From positions 6,226 through 70,225 of the forward strand of contig CADASI010000021.1 in NCBI GenBank assembly GCA_902790525.1: a stretch of 64,000 nt of DNA. Direction: 5' to 3'. Below the pieces are notes generated by a model. It was not told the DNA's origin and ran no database searches. It worked only from the letters and a program-made list of their open reading frames with translations. The DNA is from an uncultured Eubacteriales bacterium. Lineage in GTDB: Bacteria; Bacillota; Clostridia; Christensenellales; Aristaeellaceae. This document shows positions 8,573-18,495 of the stretch, one piece after another. The stretch's first letter is position 1. Each line of letters begins with the position of its first letter. The position numbers were made by a program, and so were the translations under genes.

Positions 8573-9667
8573 ATGATCTATCTGGACCACGCGGCCACCA
8601 CGGCGCCGGACGACAGGGTGATCGCGGCGATGTCGGCCTGCATGGCGGAATGCTGGGCCAACCCGTCCGCGCCTTACGCGGCGGCGGGAGCGGCGCGGCG
8701 GGAACTTCGGCGGGCACGGCGGGTGATCGCGGGCATGCTGAACGCATCGGCGGGGGAGATCGTCTTCACCTCCGGGGGCAGCGAGGCCAACAGCCAGGCC
8801 GTGGCGCTGGCCGCGGGCGGGCACGCGGTGGTCTCCGCCGTGGAGCACGCCTCGGTGCGCAACGCCGCCCGGCACTGGGCGCGGGAGGTCACCTTCGTCA
8901 TGCCCGACGGGAACGGCGTCGTTCGCCCGGAGGCCGTCGCGGCGGCGCTCAGGCCCGACACGCGGCTGGTCTCGGTGCAGCTTGTGAACAACGAGACCGG
9001 CGTCATGCAGCCCGTGGCGGAGATCGGGGCGCTGGCCCGGGCGCGGCGCGTGCCCTTTCACTGCGACGCGGTGCAGGCGTTCGGGCAGATCCCCATTGAC
9101 GTGAAGGCCATGAACATCGACCTTCTGAGCCTGTCCGCGCACAAGCTCTACGGTCCCCGCGGCGCGGGGGCGCTGTTCGCGCGACAGGGCGTCGGTTTGA
9201 AGCCGCTGATCGACGGCGGCGGGCAGGAGTTCGGCCTGCGCGCCGGCACCGAGAACGTGGCGGCAATCTGCGGCCTGCGCGTCGCCGCCGGGCTGGCGCG
9301 GGACGACATGGCCGCGCGCGCCGAGCGGGAGCGGGCGCTGATCGACCGCTTCCTGGCGAAACTGCGCGCAAAAATCCCCGGCTGCCTGCCGCTGTGCATG
9401 GCGTCGGAACGCGCGCCGGGCATCGTGGCGGTGCTGCTGCCGGGGGTCGATTCGGAAAAGGCCGTGGCCGCGCTGGATGTGCGGGGCGTCATGGTGTCCG
9501 GCGGCGCGGCCTGCGCCTCCCGCGAACACGCCCCCAGCCACGTCTACCGCGCCCTCGGCCTGTCCGAACGGGACGCCGCCTGCGTGCTGCGCATCAGCGT
9601 CGGACGGCATACGACGCGCGAGGAGACGGATGAAGCCGCGGAAATCATCACAGAGCTGTGCCAATGA
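8573..9667 (+). CDS. cysteine desulfurase (NifS/IscS-type class V aminotransferase)
   Basis: PLP-lysine motif SAHKLYGPRG and C-terminal catalytic Cys loop SGGAACAS. Confidence 0.9.
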   Translation: MIYLDHAATTAPDDRVIAAMSACMAECWANPSAPYAAAGAARRELRRARRVIAGMLNASAGEIVFTSGGSEANSQAVALAAGGHAVVSAVEHASVRNAARHWAREVTFVMPDGNGVVRPEAVAAALRPDTRLVSVQLVNNETGVMQPVAEIGALARARRVPFHCDAVQAFGQIPIDVKAMNIDLLSLSAHKLYGPRGAGALFARQGVGLKPLIDGGGQEFGLRAGTENVAAICGLRVAAGLARDDMAARAERERALIDRFLAKLRAKIPGCLPLCMASERAPGIVAVLLPGVDSEKAVAALDVRGVMVSGGAACASREHAPSHVYRALGLSERDAACVLRISVGRHTTREETDEAAEIITELCQ

Positions 9668-9688
9668 TTCAAGCGCGGCAGCGGCTAT

Positions 9689-9730
9689 TCCTGTTCCCTG
9701 TTCCCTGTTCCCTAATCCCCCTCAATCCCC
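9689..9730 (-). repeat. heptamer repeat, complement of (GGGAACA)n, plus CCC tracts (G-rich on the minus strand)
   Basis: TTCC TGTTCCC TGTTCCC TGTTCCC TAATCCCCC TCAATCCCC. It lies between convergent nifS-like and lysR genes, and the lysR stop codon lies inside it. Confidence 0.8.
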
Positions 9731-10638
9731 AGATACCTCTTGATCTCATCCAGATACCGCTGTCCCGGCTCGCTCAATATGGCGTTGTTCTTGACCACAT
9801 ACCCCACGTCCATGACGCTGTTGGGGTTGTTGCCGTCGGGCTCGTAGGGGATGGCGATGAAGTCGGGGCCGTTGAGCTCCTCGCAGATAATGCCGGAGCA
9901 CAGCGTATAGCCGTTCAGGCCGGTCATGAGGTTCAAGTTGGTGGCGCGGTCGTTGGTCTTGATGCTGCGGGGGTATTCGTTGGTGGAGAGGATCTCCTCG
10001 GCGAAGTAGAAGGAGCTGGAATCCCCCTGCTCGAAGGACAGACAGGGATAGGGCTCGAGGTCTTTAAGGCTGATGGACTTCCGATCCGCCAGCGGGTGCC
10101 CCTTCCACAGGTACACGTAGGCGTTGCAGAAGATCAGGTGGTGGAAGGACAGCCCGTTGGAGGACAAAAGCTTCAGTATCGCCTTGCGGTTGAAGTCGCT
10201 CAAATAGAGTATGCCGATCTCGCTTTGCAGGCGGGAGACGTCGTTGATGACGTCCAGCGTGCGCGTCTCGCGGATGGCGAACTCGTACTTGGCCATGTCG
10301 TAGGCCTTGGCCATCTCTACGAACGCCTTCACCGCGAAGGAGTAGTGCTGGCAGGACACGCCGAACTTCTGCCGCCGCCCGCCGGCCTTGCCGTACTTCT
10401 CCATCAGGCTCAGGTACTGGCCGTACACCTGCCGGGCGTAGGGCAGAAAGTCCAGCCCGTCCGCCGTCAGGGTCACGCCCTTGCCGGTGCGGTTGAACAC
10501 CACGATGCCCAGCTCCCGCTCCAGCTCCTTGATGGCGCTGGTCAGCGAGGGCTGCGATACGTACAGCTTCTCCGCCGCCTTGTTGATCGAGCCCGTCTCC
10601 GAGATGGTGATGATGTAGTTGAGTTGTTGTAAGGTCAT
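9712..10638 (-). CDS. LysR family transcriptional regulator
   Basis: N-terminal HTH MTLQQLNYIITISETGSINKAAEKLYVSQPSLTSAIKELE plus a LysR substrate-binding domain of matching length. Confidence 0.9.
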   Translation of the reverse strand: MTLQQLNYIITISETGSINKAAEKLYVSQPSLTSAIKELERELGIVVFNRTGKGVTLTADGLDFLPYARQVYGQYLSLMEKYGKAGGRRQKFGVSCQHYSFAVKAFVEMAKAYDMAKYEFAIRETRTLDVINDVSRLQSEIGILYLSDFNRKAILKLLSSNGLSFHHLIFCNAYVYLWKGHPLADRKSISLKDLEPYPCLSFEQGDSSSFYFAEEILSTNEYPRSIKTNDRATNLNLMTGLNGYTLCSGIICEELNGPDFIAIPYEPDGNNPNSVMDVGYVVKNNAILSEPGQRYLDEIKRYLGIEGD

Positions 10639-10840
10639 GCGGGTTCCCTCTGTTTTTTATTTCCCAATATAATATTATATCATACCTCTGGGTTATATGT
10701 CCAATAGGTTGAGTCAATAGTATGTTATAGTTTAAAGCAATATGTTCGTGGCGAATGGGTTAATTCCCCGATTGGGGCTTGAAAAAAGCGTTAGGACATG
10801 CTAATATAGAGTAACGGCGATGGAAAGGAAAGAATGGAGC

Positions 10841-11206
10841 ATGAAGATACACAAATCCGCTGAGGACTATCTGGAGATGATACTGCGGCTTTACGAGGAG
10901 AAGGGCTACGTGCGCTCGGTGGACATTGCCTCGGGCCTCCAGGTGAGCAAGCCCTCCGTCAGCGTGGCCATGAAGCACCTGCGGGAGGACGGCTACATCG
11001 CCATGGACAAGGACAACTACATCTCCCTGACCGACACCGGCATGGAGATCGCCCAGCGCATCTACGCCCGCCACAAGGCGCTGACGGAGATCCTCATCCG
11101 CATCGGCGTGGACCCGGTCACCGCCCAGGAGGACGCGTGCCGGGTGGAGCATGACATCTCCGGCCAGACCTACGACGCCATCGTCAGGCAGCTGGGCAAG
11201 CTGTGA
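10841..11206 (+). CDS. DtxR/MntR family metal-dependent transcriptional repressor
   Basis: MKIHKSAEDYLEMILRLYEEKGYVRSVDIA.. aligns with the MntR N-terminus. The ORF also opens at 10820. Confidence 0.85.
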   Translation: MKIHKSAEDYLEMILRLYEEKGYVRSVDIASGLQVSKPSVSVAMKHLREDGYIAMDKDNYISLTDTGMEIAQRIYARHKALTEILIRIGVDPVTAQEDACRVEHDISGQTYDAIVRQLGKL

Positions 11207-11225
11207 TATCATGGAGGACTGATCG

Positions 11226-11822
11226 ATGAAAACCCGCAACAAGACGTCCGCCCAGGCCATCCGCCGCCCCACGAAGGCGCGGGCGATCTCGGCCAGGGGG
11301 CTGGGCGTGATCATACTGCTCATACTGCTGCCCCCGGCGGGGCTGTTGGTGCTGTGGCGCATGGGCGTGTTCCGTGCCCGGGGCCGCATGCTGCTGACGG
11401 CGCTGGCCACGGTGGAGATGACGCTGCTGGTGGTGCTTTTGACGCCCCGCCCGGCGCTGACCAGTCAGCTGCCGCTGCCCGTGGCGCCCGCGGCGGTCAC
11501 CCAGGCCCCGGAGACGGACAACCTGAGCGCGCTGTACAACATCGAGGAGCTTTTGTACCAGCAGCAGCTCGAGCAGGTCAAGGCCCAGGGCGGCGACGAG
11601 AAGGACCTGATGACCGAGGAACAGAAGCTGCAAAGCCAGGAGATCGAGCGCGAGGAGATACTGAACACCGTGGTGTACGCCGTGTTCAACCACGCCCAGC
11701 GCTACCACGCCCAGCGGGTGTGCGGCACCCAGTCCAACAACCGGGAGCTCACCGTGCGCCAGGCCATGCTGGAGGCCCTGAGCCCCTGCCCGGACTGCAA
11801 CCCGCCGGTTTGGACGGAATGA
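11226..11822 (+). CDS. membrane-anchored hypothetical protein with C-terminal Cys motif resembling an Ada-type Zn-binding module
   Basis: GGAGGA RBS upstream. One TM segment (GVIILLILLPPAGLLVLW) and the tail YHAQRVCG..LSPCPDCNP. Confidence 0.7.
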   Translation: MKTRNKTSAQAIRRPTKARAISARGLGVIILLILLPPAGLLVLWRMGVFRARGRMLLTALATVEMTLLVVLLTPRPALTSQLPLPVAPAAVTQAPETDNLSALYNIEELLYQQQLEQVKAQGGDEKDLMTEEQKLQSQEIEREEILNTVVYAVFNHAQRYHAQRVCGTQSNNRELTVRQAMLEALSPCPDCNPPVWTE

Positions 11823-11909
11823 TGCCATCAAAAGGACTGTCCGGGCCCCCAAAACCGCCGTTTGTGACGGAAACACATAAAATGTCCGATTAAAGTCATA
11901 ATTATAACC

Positions 11910-11938
11910 TTGATTTACCTGTGGAACCATTCTATCAT
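11910..11938 (+). promoter_or_regulatory. candidate sigma-A promoter (TTGATT-17-TATCAT)
   Basis: Hexamers and spacing read directly; the -10 lies inside the palindrome at 11924-11954. Confidence 0.4.
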
Positions 11939-11954
11939 TATGATAGAATGGTTC
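11924..11954. promoter_or_regulatory. perfect 31-bp palindrome (15-bp arms), candidate operator
   Basis: GAACCATTCTATCAT t ATGATAGAATGGTTC, every position checked for complementarity. Confidence 0.6.
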
Positions 11955-11994
11955 TATTAATATGGATAAGAATGATACGAACGGAGGCCAGGCT

Positions 11995-13608
11995 ATGTTT
12001 TGTTCCAAATGCGGCAGAACGCTCGCGACGGGAGACCAGCAATGCCCGCATTGCGGCAATCCCGTGGGAGAGAGCCGGTTTGAGGGAACGCCCTACACCT
12101 CGGCGCAGGCGCGCATCTATCCCGACGCGCAGGCGAAGCAGGCGACGGCAGCCTTTACACGCACCACCTATACCACCATGACGGAGGAGCAGCAGCAGGA
12201 GGGCAGCGTCGATTCCCGCACCACCTACCGCCCGGTTTACAGCGGCGCGTCGGTGCCCGAGGACGTGCGCAAGGACATGCGCGCCGCCGTCAAGGGCGAC
12301 CAGCAGCCCGCCAGGCCCGAAACCCCGACGGAGCCGCTGTCCGAGGAGGCCATCGACACCTTAAACGCCGTGGATGAGGAGCTCAAGATGGAGGACATCG
12401 ACACCTCTGAGCTGCACACCCGGCCTATCGAATCCACCGGCCGCGCGGGCATCAGCGCTGGGGTGGAGGACTATATCCAGAAGCTGGAGGCCAACCAGAC
12501 CCGCCGCGCCCAGCGCCGCCGCAAAAACGTCGACGCCGCCGCGGAGGAGGGGGTCTACAACACCCCGGAGGACCAGCAGGTCTACGACGACGTGGGCGAG
12601 CCCGACCCCGGCATCGACACCGACCAGAGCGACGTGTTCGACGACATCGACGAGGAGGAGTTCGACGAGATGCGCTACGGCCGCGCGCTCGGCTTAAAGG
12701 ACATCCTCAAGGTGGCGCTGATCATGGTGCTGGCGGCGGCGCTGATCGTGGGCGGCGTGATGTGGTTCCGCCACGTGCGCGGGGCGACGTCCTCCGCGAA
12801 GATCGAGGGCGTGACCGAGGCGCTGTACAACGACGGCATCGAGCTCATCAAGAGCCACACCGAGACCGCCTACATCAACGACATGGTGAACACCTTCGCC
12901 TCCGAGGGCGCCGTCGGCCTGGCCACGCGGGCCTCCGCCGATGCCGCCGCCATCGACGCGCTGCTGCCGGAGGAGAGCGCGCGGGCGGTGAACGACTCGC
13001 TGTTCGTCTCCACGCTGCAAACCATCCAGAAGAACATCGGCAACGCCATACTGATGGACGCCCAGGCGGCGTCCTCGGGCGAGAGTGCGGAGGACGATTC
13101 CGCCGGGCGCTGGAACATCGTGAACAACTCCATCGCCCAGCTGGAGGCCGCCTCCACCGCCGCCGAGCTGACCGCGATACTAAACGGCGAGCAGGTCACC
13201 GTGGTGACCGAGCCCACGCCCTCGCCCACGCCGGAGGTGCCCCAGTACGAGACCCTGGCCAAGGGCGCCAAGAGCGACGCCGTGCTGGAGCTGCAGACCC
13301 GGCTGTATGAGCTGGGCTTCCTGATGGACGACCGCGACGGCGCCTACGGCAACAAGACCCAGACCGCCGTGAAGGTGTTCCAGGAGTACGCGGGCCTCGA
13401 GGCCACCGGCATCGCCGACAGCGCGACCCAGGCGCTCCTGTATTCCGACGCCGCGCCGCGCACCGAGTTCGCCCAGGCCACCGCCGAGCCCGCGGCCAAC
13501 ACCGCCGACTCGGACTACGAGGGCGAGAACGGCGCGGTGGAGAGCGCCGATACCGGCGAGCAGGCCGAGCAGTCCATCGTCGTCGGCGACGACGATCCCG
13601 TGGCCTGA
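11995..13608 (+). CDS. zinc-ribbon / single-TM / peptidoglycan-binding (PG_binding_1) domain protein
   Basis: MFCSKCGRTLATGDQQCPHCGNP zinc ribbon, TM segment VALIMVLAAALIVGGVMWF, and C-terminal AVLELQTRLYELGFLMDDRDGAYGNKTQTAVKVFQ. GGAGG RBS lies 7 nt before the ATG at 11995. Confidence 0.85.
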   Translation: MFCSKCGRTLATGDQQCPHCGNPVGESRFEGTPYTSAQARIYPDAQAKQATAAFTRTTYTTMTEEQQQEGSVDSRTTYRPVYSGASVPEDVRKDMRAAVKGDQQPARPETPTEPLSEEAIDTLNAVDEELKMEDIDTSELHTRPIESTGRAGISAGVEDYIQKLEANQTRRAQRRRKNVDAAAEEGVYNTPEDQQVYDDVGEPDPGIDTDQSDVFDDIDEEEFDEMRYGRALGLKDILKVALIMVLAAALIVGGVMWFRHVRGATSSAKIEGVTEALYNDGIELIKSHTETAYINDMVNTFASEGAVGLATRASADAAAIDALLPEESARAVNDSLFVSTLQTIQKNIGNAILMDAQAASSGESAEDDSAGRWNIVNNSIAQLEAASTAAELTAILNGEQVTVVTEPTPSPTPEVPQYETLAKGAKSDAVLELQTRLYELGFLMDDRDGAYGNKTQTAVKVFQEYAGLEATGIADSATQALLYSDAAPRTEFAQATAEPAANTADSDYEGENGAVESADTGEQAEQSIVVGDDDPVA

Positions 13609-13621
13609 CGACGACCGACAT

Positions 13622-13650
13622 GGGCGCTGCCGATGGCAGCGCCCTTTCAA
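13622..13650 (+). terminator. Rho-independent terminator
   Basis: GGGCGCTGCC GAT GGCAGCGCCC followed by TTTC. Confidence 0.6.
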
Positions 13651-13663
13651 TGATGTAGAGTAG

Positions 13664-13769
13664 CTGTTCAGGTCTGGTCTCCGTTTCAGGATGGGCGATG
13701 AGGGCATCGCCCCTACAACAGCGGGTTATCCGTAGGGGCGATCCCCTGATCGCCCGTCGGGCTGAACGG
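13664..13769. mobile_element. degenerate copy of the REP-pair MITE (same family as 51760-51871, opposite orientation)
   Basis: Outer inverted repeat CTGTTCAG / CTGAACGG. Internal head-to-head GTAG hairpins GGGCGATGAGGGCATCGCCCCTAC and GTAGGGGCGATCCCCTGATCGCCC. Confidence 0.7.
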
Positions 13770-13838
13770 CTGCGATGGAAATCTTAATGTCGCTGTGCTA
13801 TAATGCAGGGCATCGCAAGAACGAAAGGAACACGGCAC

Positions 13839-14549
13839 ATGCTGGAATTCAAAAACGTCACCAAGAAATACCTGCGGCGCACGGCGCTCGAGGACGTGAG
13901 CTTCGCGCTGGAGCCGGGCAAGGTGTGCCTGCTGCTGGGCCCCAACGGCTCAGGCAAGACCACCTCGATGAAGCTGATCGCGGGGCTGTCGCGGCAGACC
14001 TCGGGCGAGGTGCTGTTCGACGGCCAGCGCATCGGTGCAAAGACCAAGGCGCAGATCGCCTACATGCCCACGGAGAACTACTTCTACAACTACATGACCA
14101 TACAGGACGCGGGCAGATACTACGCGGACTTCTTCCGCGACTTCGACCCCAACCGCTTCGACGAATGGCTCCGCCGGATGGAACTGATCCCCGAGGACAA
14201 GGTGAAGCAGCTCTCAAGCGGCATGGCGGCGAAGCTGCGGCTTGCGCTGATATTGAGCCGCGACGCGAGGCTCATGCTGTTCGATGAGCCCTTGAACGGC
14301 GTGGACATACTGACCCGCCAGCAGGTGATCGAGGCGATACTGACCGCCCGGGACCCCAGCCGCACGCTGTTGATCTCCACCCACCTGGTGGACGAGCTGG
14401 AGAACGTGGTGGACACCTGCGTCTACTTAAAGGAGGGGCACCTGGTGGCCGCCGGGTCCAAGGCGGAGACCAGCCAGGGCATGACGCTCAAGGACCGCTA
14501 CATCGACATCTACGGCCAGGCGTCGGAAGGGGGCGAGGACAATGCTTAA
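13839..14549 (+). CDS. ABC transporter ATP-binding protein
   Basis: Walker A GPNGSGKTT, signature LSSGMAAK, Walker B LMLFDEP. The ORF also opens at 13803. Confidence 0.9.
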   Translation: MLEFKNVTKKYLRRTALEDVSFALEPGKVCLLLGPNGSGKTTSMKLIAGLSRQTSGEVLFDGQRIGAKTKAQIAYMPTENYFYNYMTIQDAGRYYADFFRDFDPNRFDEWLRRMELIPEDKVKQLSSGMAAKLRLALILSRDARLMLFDEPLNGVDILTRQQVIEAILTARDPSRTLLISTHLVDELENVVDTCVYLKEGHLVAAGSKAETSQGMTLKDRYIDIYGQASEGGEDNA

Positions 14550-15327
14550 ACTGATGAAGTACGAGTTCCGCAAGACCCGCACCACGCTTCTGGTCATGAT
14601 GGCGGCGCTGGTGGCGCTGGAGGCGGGCTTCCTGATCGGAGATAAGATGGATAACTACAAGGTCGCCGGCGTCTGCCTGGGCCTTCTGACCACGCTGGTG
14701 TTCGCGGTGTACGTGTACATCCTCATCGCGGGCATCGTGAGCTACTCCCGCGAGCTCAACGACAAAACCGGCTACCTGACCTTCATGGTGCCGGTGGGCC
14801 CCATGGGCATCGTGGCCTCCAAGATACTCTACACGGTGCTCTCGGCGCTGGTGGTGACGGCGCTGTTCGGCGGCGCGGTGTACTACGACTACTCGAAGCT
14901 GTTCAGCCGCCTCGATCTGGACAAGGAGACCCTGCAGCAGTTGCAGTTCGCCTTCACGATGATGTCCGGCACCATGGGGGGCAACGTCAGCCTGACCAAG
15001 GTGATACTGACCCTGGCCTTTGAGACGGGCACGGTGCTCATACAGATCATACTGACGATGTGCACGGCCTACCTGGCCATCACCTTGAGCGCCACGCTGT
15101 TGCAGAACAAGAAGGGCTTTTTAAGGCTGCTGGTGAGCTTTTTGCTGTTCGCGGTGCTCAACTACGCGACCACCAAGGTCGGCGACATGGTATCCCACGA
15201 CGTGGTGCCGAACACCACCGAGGAGCTGCTTCGGATGCTCGGCGCGCAGGCGGCGGTGGACCTGGCCTTCGCGGTGGTGTTCGCCGGAGCCACGGCCTGG
15301 CTGCTCGACAGAAAGGTGAGCCTTTGA
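14542..15327 (+). CDS. ABC-2-type integral membrane protein (putative permease partner)
   Basis: 261-aa multi-TM protein that overlaps the ATPase stop by 8 nt. Confidence 0.75.
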   Translation: MLKLMKYEFRKTRTTLLVMMAALVALEAGFLIGDKMDNYKVAGVCLGLLTTLVFAVYVYILIAGIVSYSRELNDKTGYLTFMVPVGPMGIVASKILYTVLSALVVTALFGGAVYYDYSKLFSRLDLDKETLQQLQFAFTMMSGTMGGNVSLTKVILTLAFETGTVLIQIILTMCTAYLAITLSATLLQNKKGFLRLLVSFLLFAVLNYATTKVGDMVSHDVVPNTTEELLRMLGAQAAVDLAFAVVFAGATAWLLDRKVSL

Positions 15328-17269
15328 TGGACGACATGAAGACCCTCATGGCGGACTGGGACCCCTTTCAGTTTGAGCAGGACATGAACTACGTCCACCT
15401 CAACCCCGATCTGGAGTGGAAGATCGCCAATCTGCCGGATTCCCCCGGGTGCTATCTGATGAAGCACCAGGGGGAAATCATCTATGTGGGCAAGGCCAAG
15501 AACCTGAAAAACCGGGTCAGCCAGTACTTTCGGCCCAGCCGCCAGCACACCCCCAAGGTGCGGGCCATGGTGTCGAAGATCGACGACTTCGACATCATGC
15601 TGGTGGACGGCGAGCTGGAGGCCTTCACGCTGGAGTGCAACCTCATCAAGCTGCACCGGCCCCACTACAACATCCTGTTAAAGGACGACAAGCACTACCC
15701 CTTCATCCGCGTGGATCTGAAGGAGCGCTACCCCCGGGTGCAGCTTGTGCGCAGGCAGGAGAAGGACGGGGCGAAGTACTTCGGGCCCTTCCAGGGGGCC
15801 ACGGTGGTGCGGGAGGTGCTGGACGTGGTGCGCATGGTGTTCCCGATACGCACCTGCGCCTGGCAGATCAACCCGGACAAGCCCCGCCGCCCCTGCGTGC
15901 ACCACCAGATCGGCCAGTGTCCCGCCCCGTGCGCCGGGATGATCTCCGAGGATGACTACCTCGGGACCATCCATAAGGTCATGGAGTTTCTGAACGGCAG
16001 ATACGCCCCGGTGCTTGACGAGATGAAGGCCCGCATGGCCGAGGCCGCCGCCTCGATGAACTACGAGCGCGCGGCGGTGTACCGCGACCGCATCAAAGCC
16101 GTGGAGGCCGTGATGCAGAAGCAGAAGGCCATCTCCACCGCGCTGGGCGACCAGGACATCATCGCCGCCATGCCCCACGAGGCCGACGCCATGGTGCAGC
16201 TGATGTTCGTGCGCTCGGGGCGGCTGATCGGCTCGGAGCGCTTCACGCTGGAGGGCGCGGGGGACGAGGCCATGGGCGACGTGCTCACGCAGTTCATCCT
16301 CCAGTACTACGGCCCGGAGAACATGCCGCCGCAGGACCTCTTGCTGTCGGTGATGCCCGACGAGAAGGGCGTGATCGAGCAGCTTTTGACCGAGCTGCAC
16401 GGCCGCCGGGTGTACCTGTCCGTGCCGGTGCGCGGCGAAAAGCGCAAGCTGGTGAACATGGCCGTCAAGAACCTGCGGGACGAGCTGCACAAGCTCGACC
16501 GAAAGAACGCCAACTCCTACGCCCGCACCACCGGCGCGCTGGAGGAGCTTCGGGACGTGCTGGGACTGCCCGGGCTGCCCCGGCGCATCGAGGGCTACGA
16601 CATCTCCAACACCCAGGGGGCGCTGTCCGTGGCCAGCGAGGTGGTCATGGTGGACGGCCTGGCCGCCAACAGGGAGTACCGGCGCTACCGCATCAAGACC
16701 GTGGAGGGGGCCAACGACTTCGCCTCCATCGCCGAGGTCGTCACCCGGCGGCTGTCCCACGGTTTAAAGGAGCTGGAGGAGCGCCGCGCACAGGGGCTGG
16801 ACCCCGAGGGCGGCAAGTTCTCGTGGCTGCCGGACCTCATACTCATCGACGGCGGCCGCGGGCAGGTGGCCGCCGCCCGGGACGCCATGCGCGCGCTGGG
16901 GCTGGACATCCCCATGTTCGGCCTGGCCAAGCGCATCGAGGAGATCGTGCTGCCGGACGAGGAGGAGTCCATACTGCTGGACGGGTGCGCGACGAGGCCC
17001 ACCGCTTCGCCATCGTCCACCACCGCGCGCTGCGGGGACGGGCGTCCATCGCCTCGCGCCTCGACGGCGTGCCCGGGGTGGGGGAGAAGCGCCGCAAGGC
17101 CATACTCAGGCACTTCAAAACCGTGGAGGCCCTGCGGGAGGCGTCCGCGGAGGACATCGCCCAGGTCCCCGGCGTGCCCGCGGGCGTGGCTGAGGCGGTG
17201 TATCGGTTTCTGCATGAGTCTGAGGACGCGGAAAGGGAACAGGGAACAGGGAACAGGGAACAGGAATAG
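15327..17269 (+). pseudogene. uvrC: excinuclease ABC subunit C (UvrC) with the reading frame broken near 16983
   Basis: GIY-YIG N-terminus PGCYLMKHQGEIIYVGKAKNLKNRVSQYF. After ..SILLD the frame changes, and the true C-terminus (VRDEAHRFAIVHHRALRG..GVGEKRRKAIL..) is in the +1 frame, ending at TAG 17267-17269. About 12-13 residues expected before RDEAHRFA are absent. Confidence 0.8.
17235..17264 (+). repeat. heptamer tandem repeat (GGGAACA)x4; G-quadruplex motif
   Basis: Read directly; it encodes the last residues of uvrC (EREQGTGNREQE). Confidence 0.85.
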
Positions 17270-17280
17270 CCGGGTCCGCC

Positions 17281-17304
17281 GTAGGGACGCCATACTTGGC
17301 GTCC
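17281..17304 (+). repeat. GTAG-headed REP-like hairpin (class 2)
   Basis: GTAG GGACGCC ATACTT GGCGTCC; an inverted copy lies at 28269-28292. Confidence 0.7.
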
Positions 17305-17334
17305 GCAAGCGGATGATGCGGTGCAATCAAACAC

Positions 17335-17498
17335 TAGAGTGTGTTTCTAAATGCCGGGAGATGCAGTTTCGAGTGGATTTGGCTGCATTTCAAGGCGATT
17401 TCCCGCAGGCTTAGTGGGGCTAAGTCAAGGGAAAGCAACGCAGAAATGCAGTCAAAGACGCTGAAAATGCGCTTCAGGCATTTTAGAAACACACTCTA
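17335..17498. mobile_element. MITE, 160 bp, ~20-bp TIRs GAGTGTGTTTCTAAA(A)TGCC, flanked by TA/TA
   Basis: Near-identical to 40540-40689 apart from a 10-nt indel. A TA dinucleotide lies on both sides. Confidence 0.85.
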
Positions 17499-17515
17499 AA
17501 CCGGGAGGCTGTGAT

Positions 17516-17794
17516 ATGCGCAGGAAGATCGCAAGGCTGATGGCGCTGGTTCTGCTATTGGAGCTGGCGGTATTGCTGTGCGCCTGCGCCCACATCGCCT
17601 GCCACCGGTGCGCCCACGGCCCGGAGTGTCCCATCTGCGCCTGCGTGCGGCTGGGGCTCAAGTCGGGACACCTGCCGCCCCGGGCGATGCCGACGCTGCT
17701 TCCGCTTTTGCTGTGCGCCCGGGCGCTCTGCCTGGCGCGCGTCGCCGCGCCCGCCCGCACGCTGATCGACCAGAAGGTGCGCCTGAACGATTGA
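17516..17794 (+). CDS. small membrane protein with Cys/His cluster (CAHIACHRCAHGPECPICAC)
   Basis: GGGAGG RBS 7 nt upstream, high GC3, N-terminal TM helix, first gene of a co-oriented 4-gene cluster. Confidence 0.6.
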   Translation: MRRKIARLMALVLLLELAVLLCACAHIACHRCAHGPECPICACVRLGLKSGHLPPRAMPTLLPLLLCARALCLARVAAPARTLIDQKVRLND

Positions 17795-17835
17795 GCGTCC
17801 CCCGAAAGCCATACTACATTTCGGAGGACGATACC

Positions 17836-18487
<652 letters not shown>

Positions 18488-18495
<8 letters not shown>

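Noticed and set aside
17270-17414. The ORF-track uvrC ORF runs on to 17414 through the heptamer repeat, a REP hairpin and into the MITE.
   Set aside because: This tail is the out-of-frame read-through after the frameshift at ~16983. The conserved UvrC C-terminus is in the other frame and ends at 17269.
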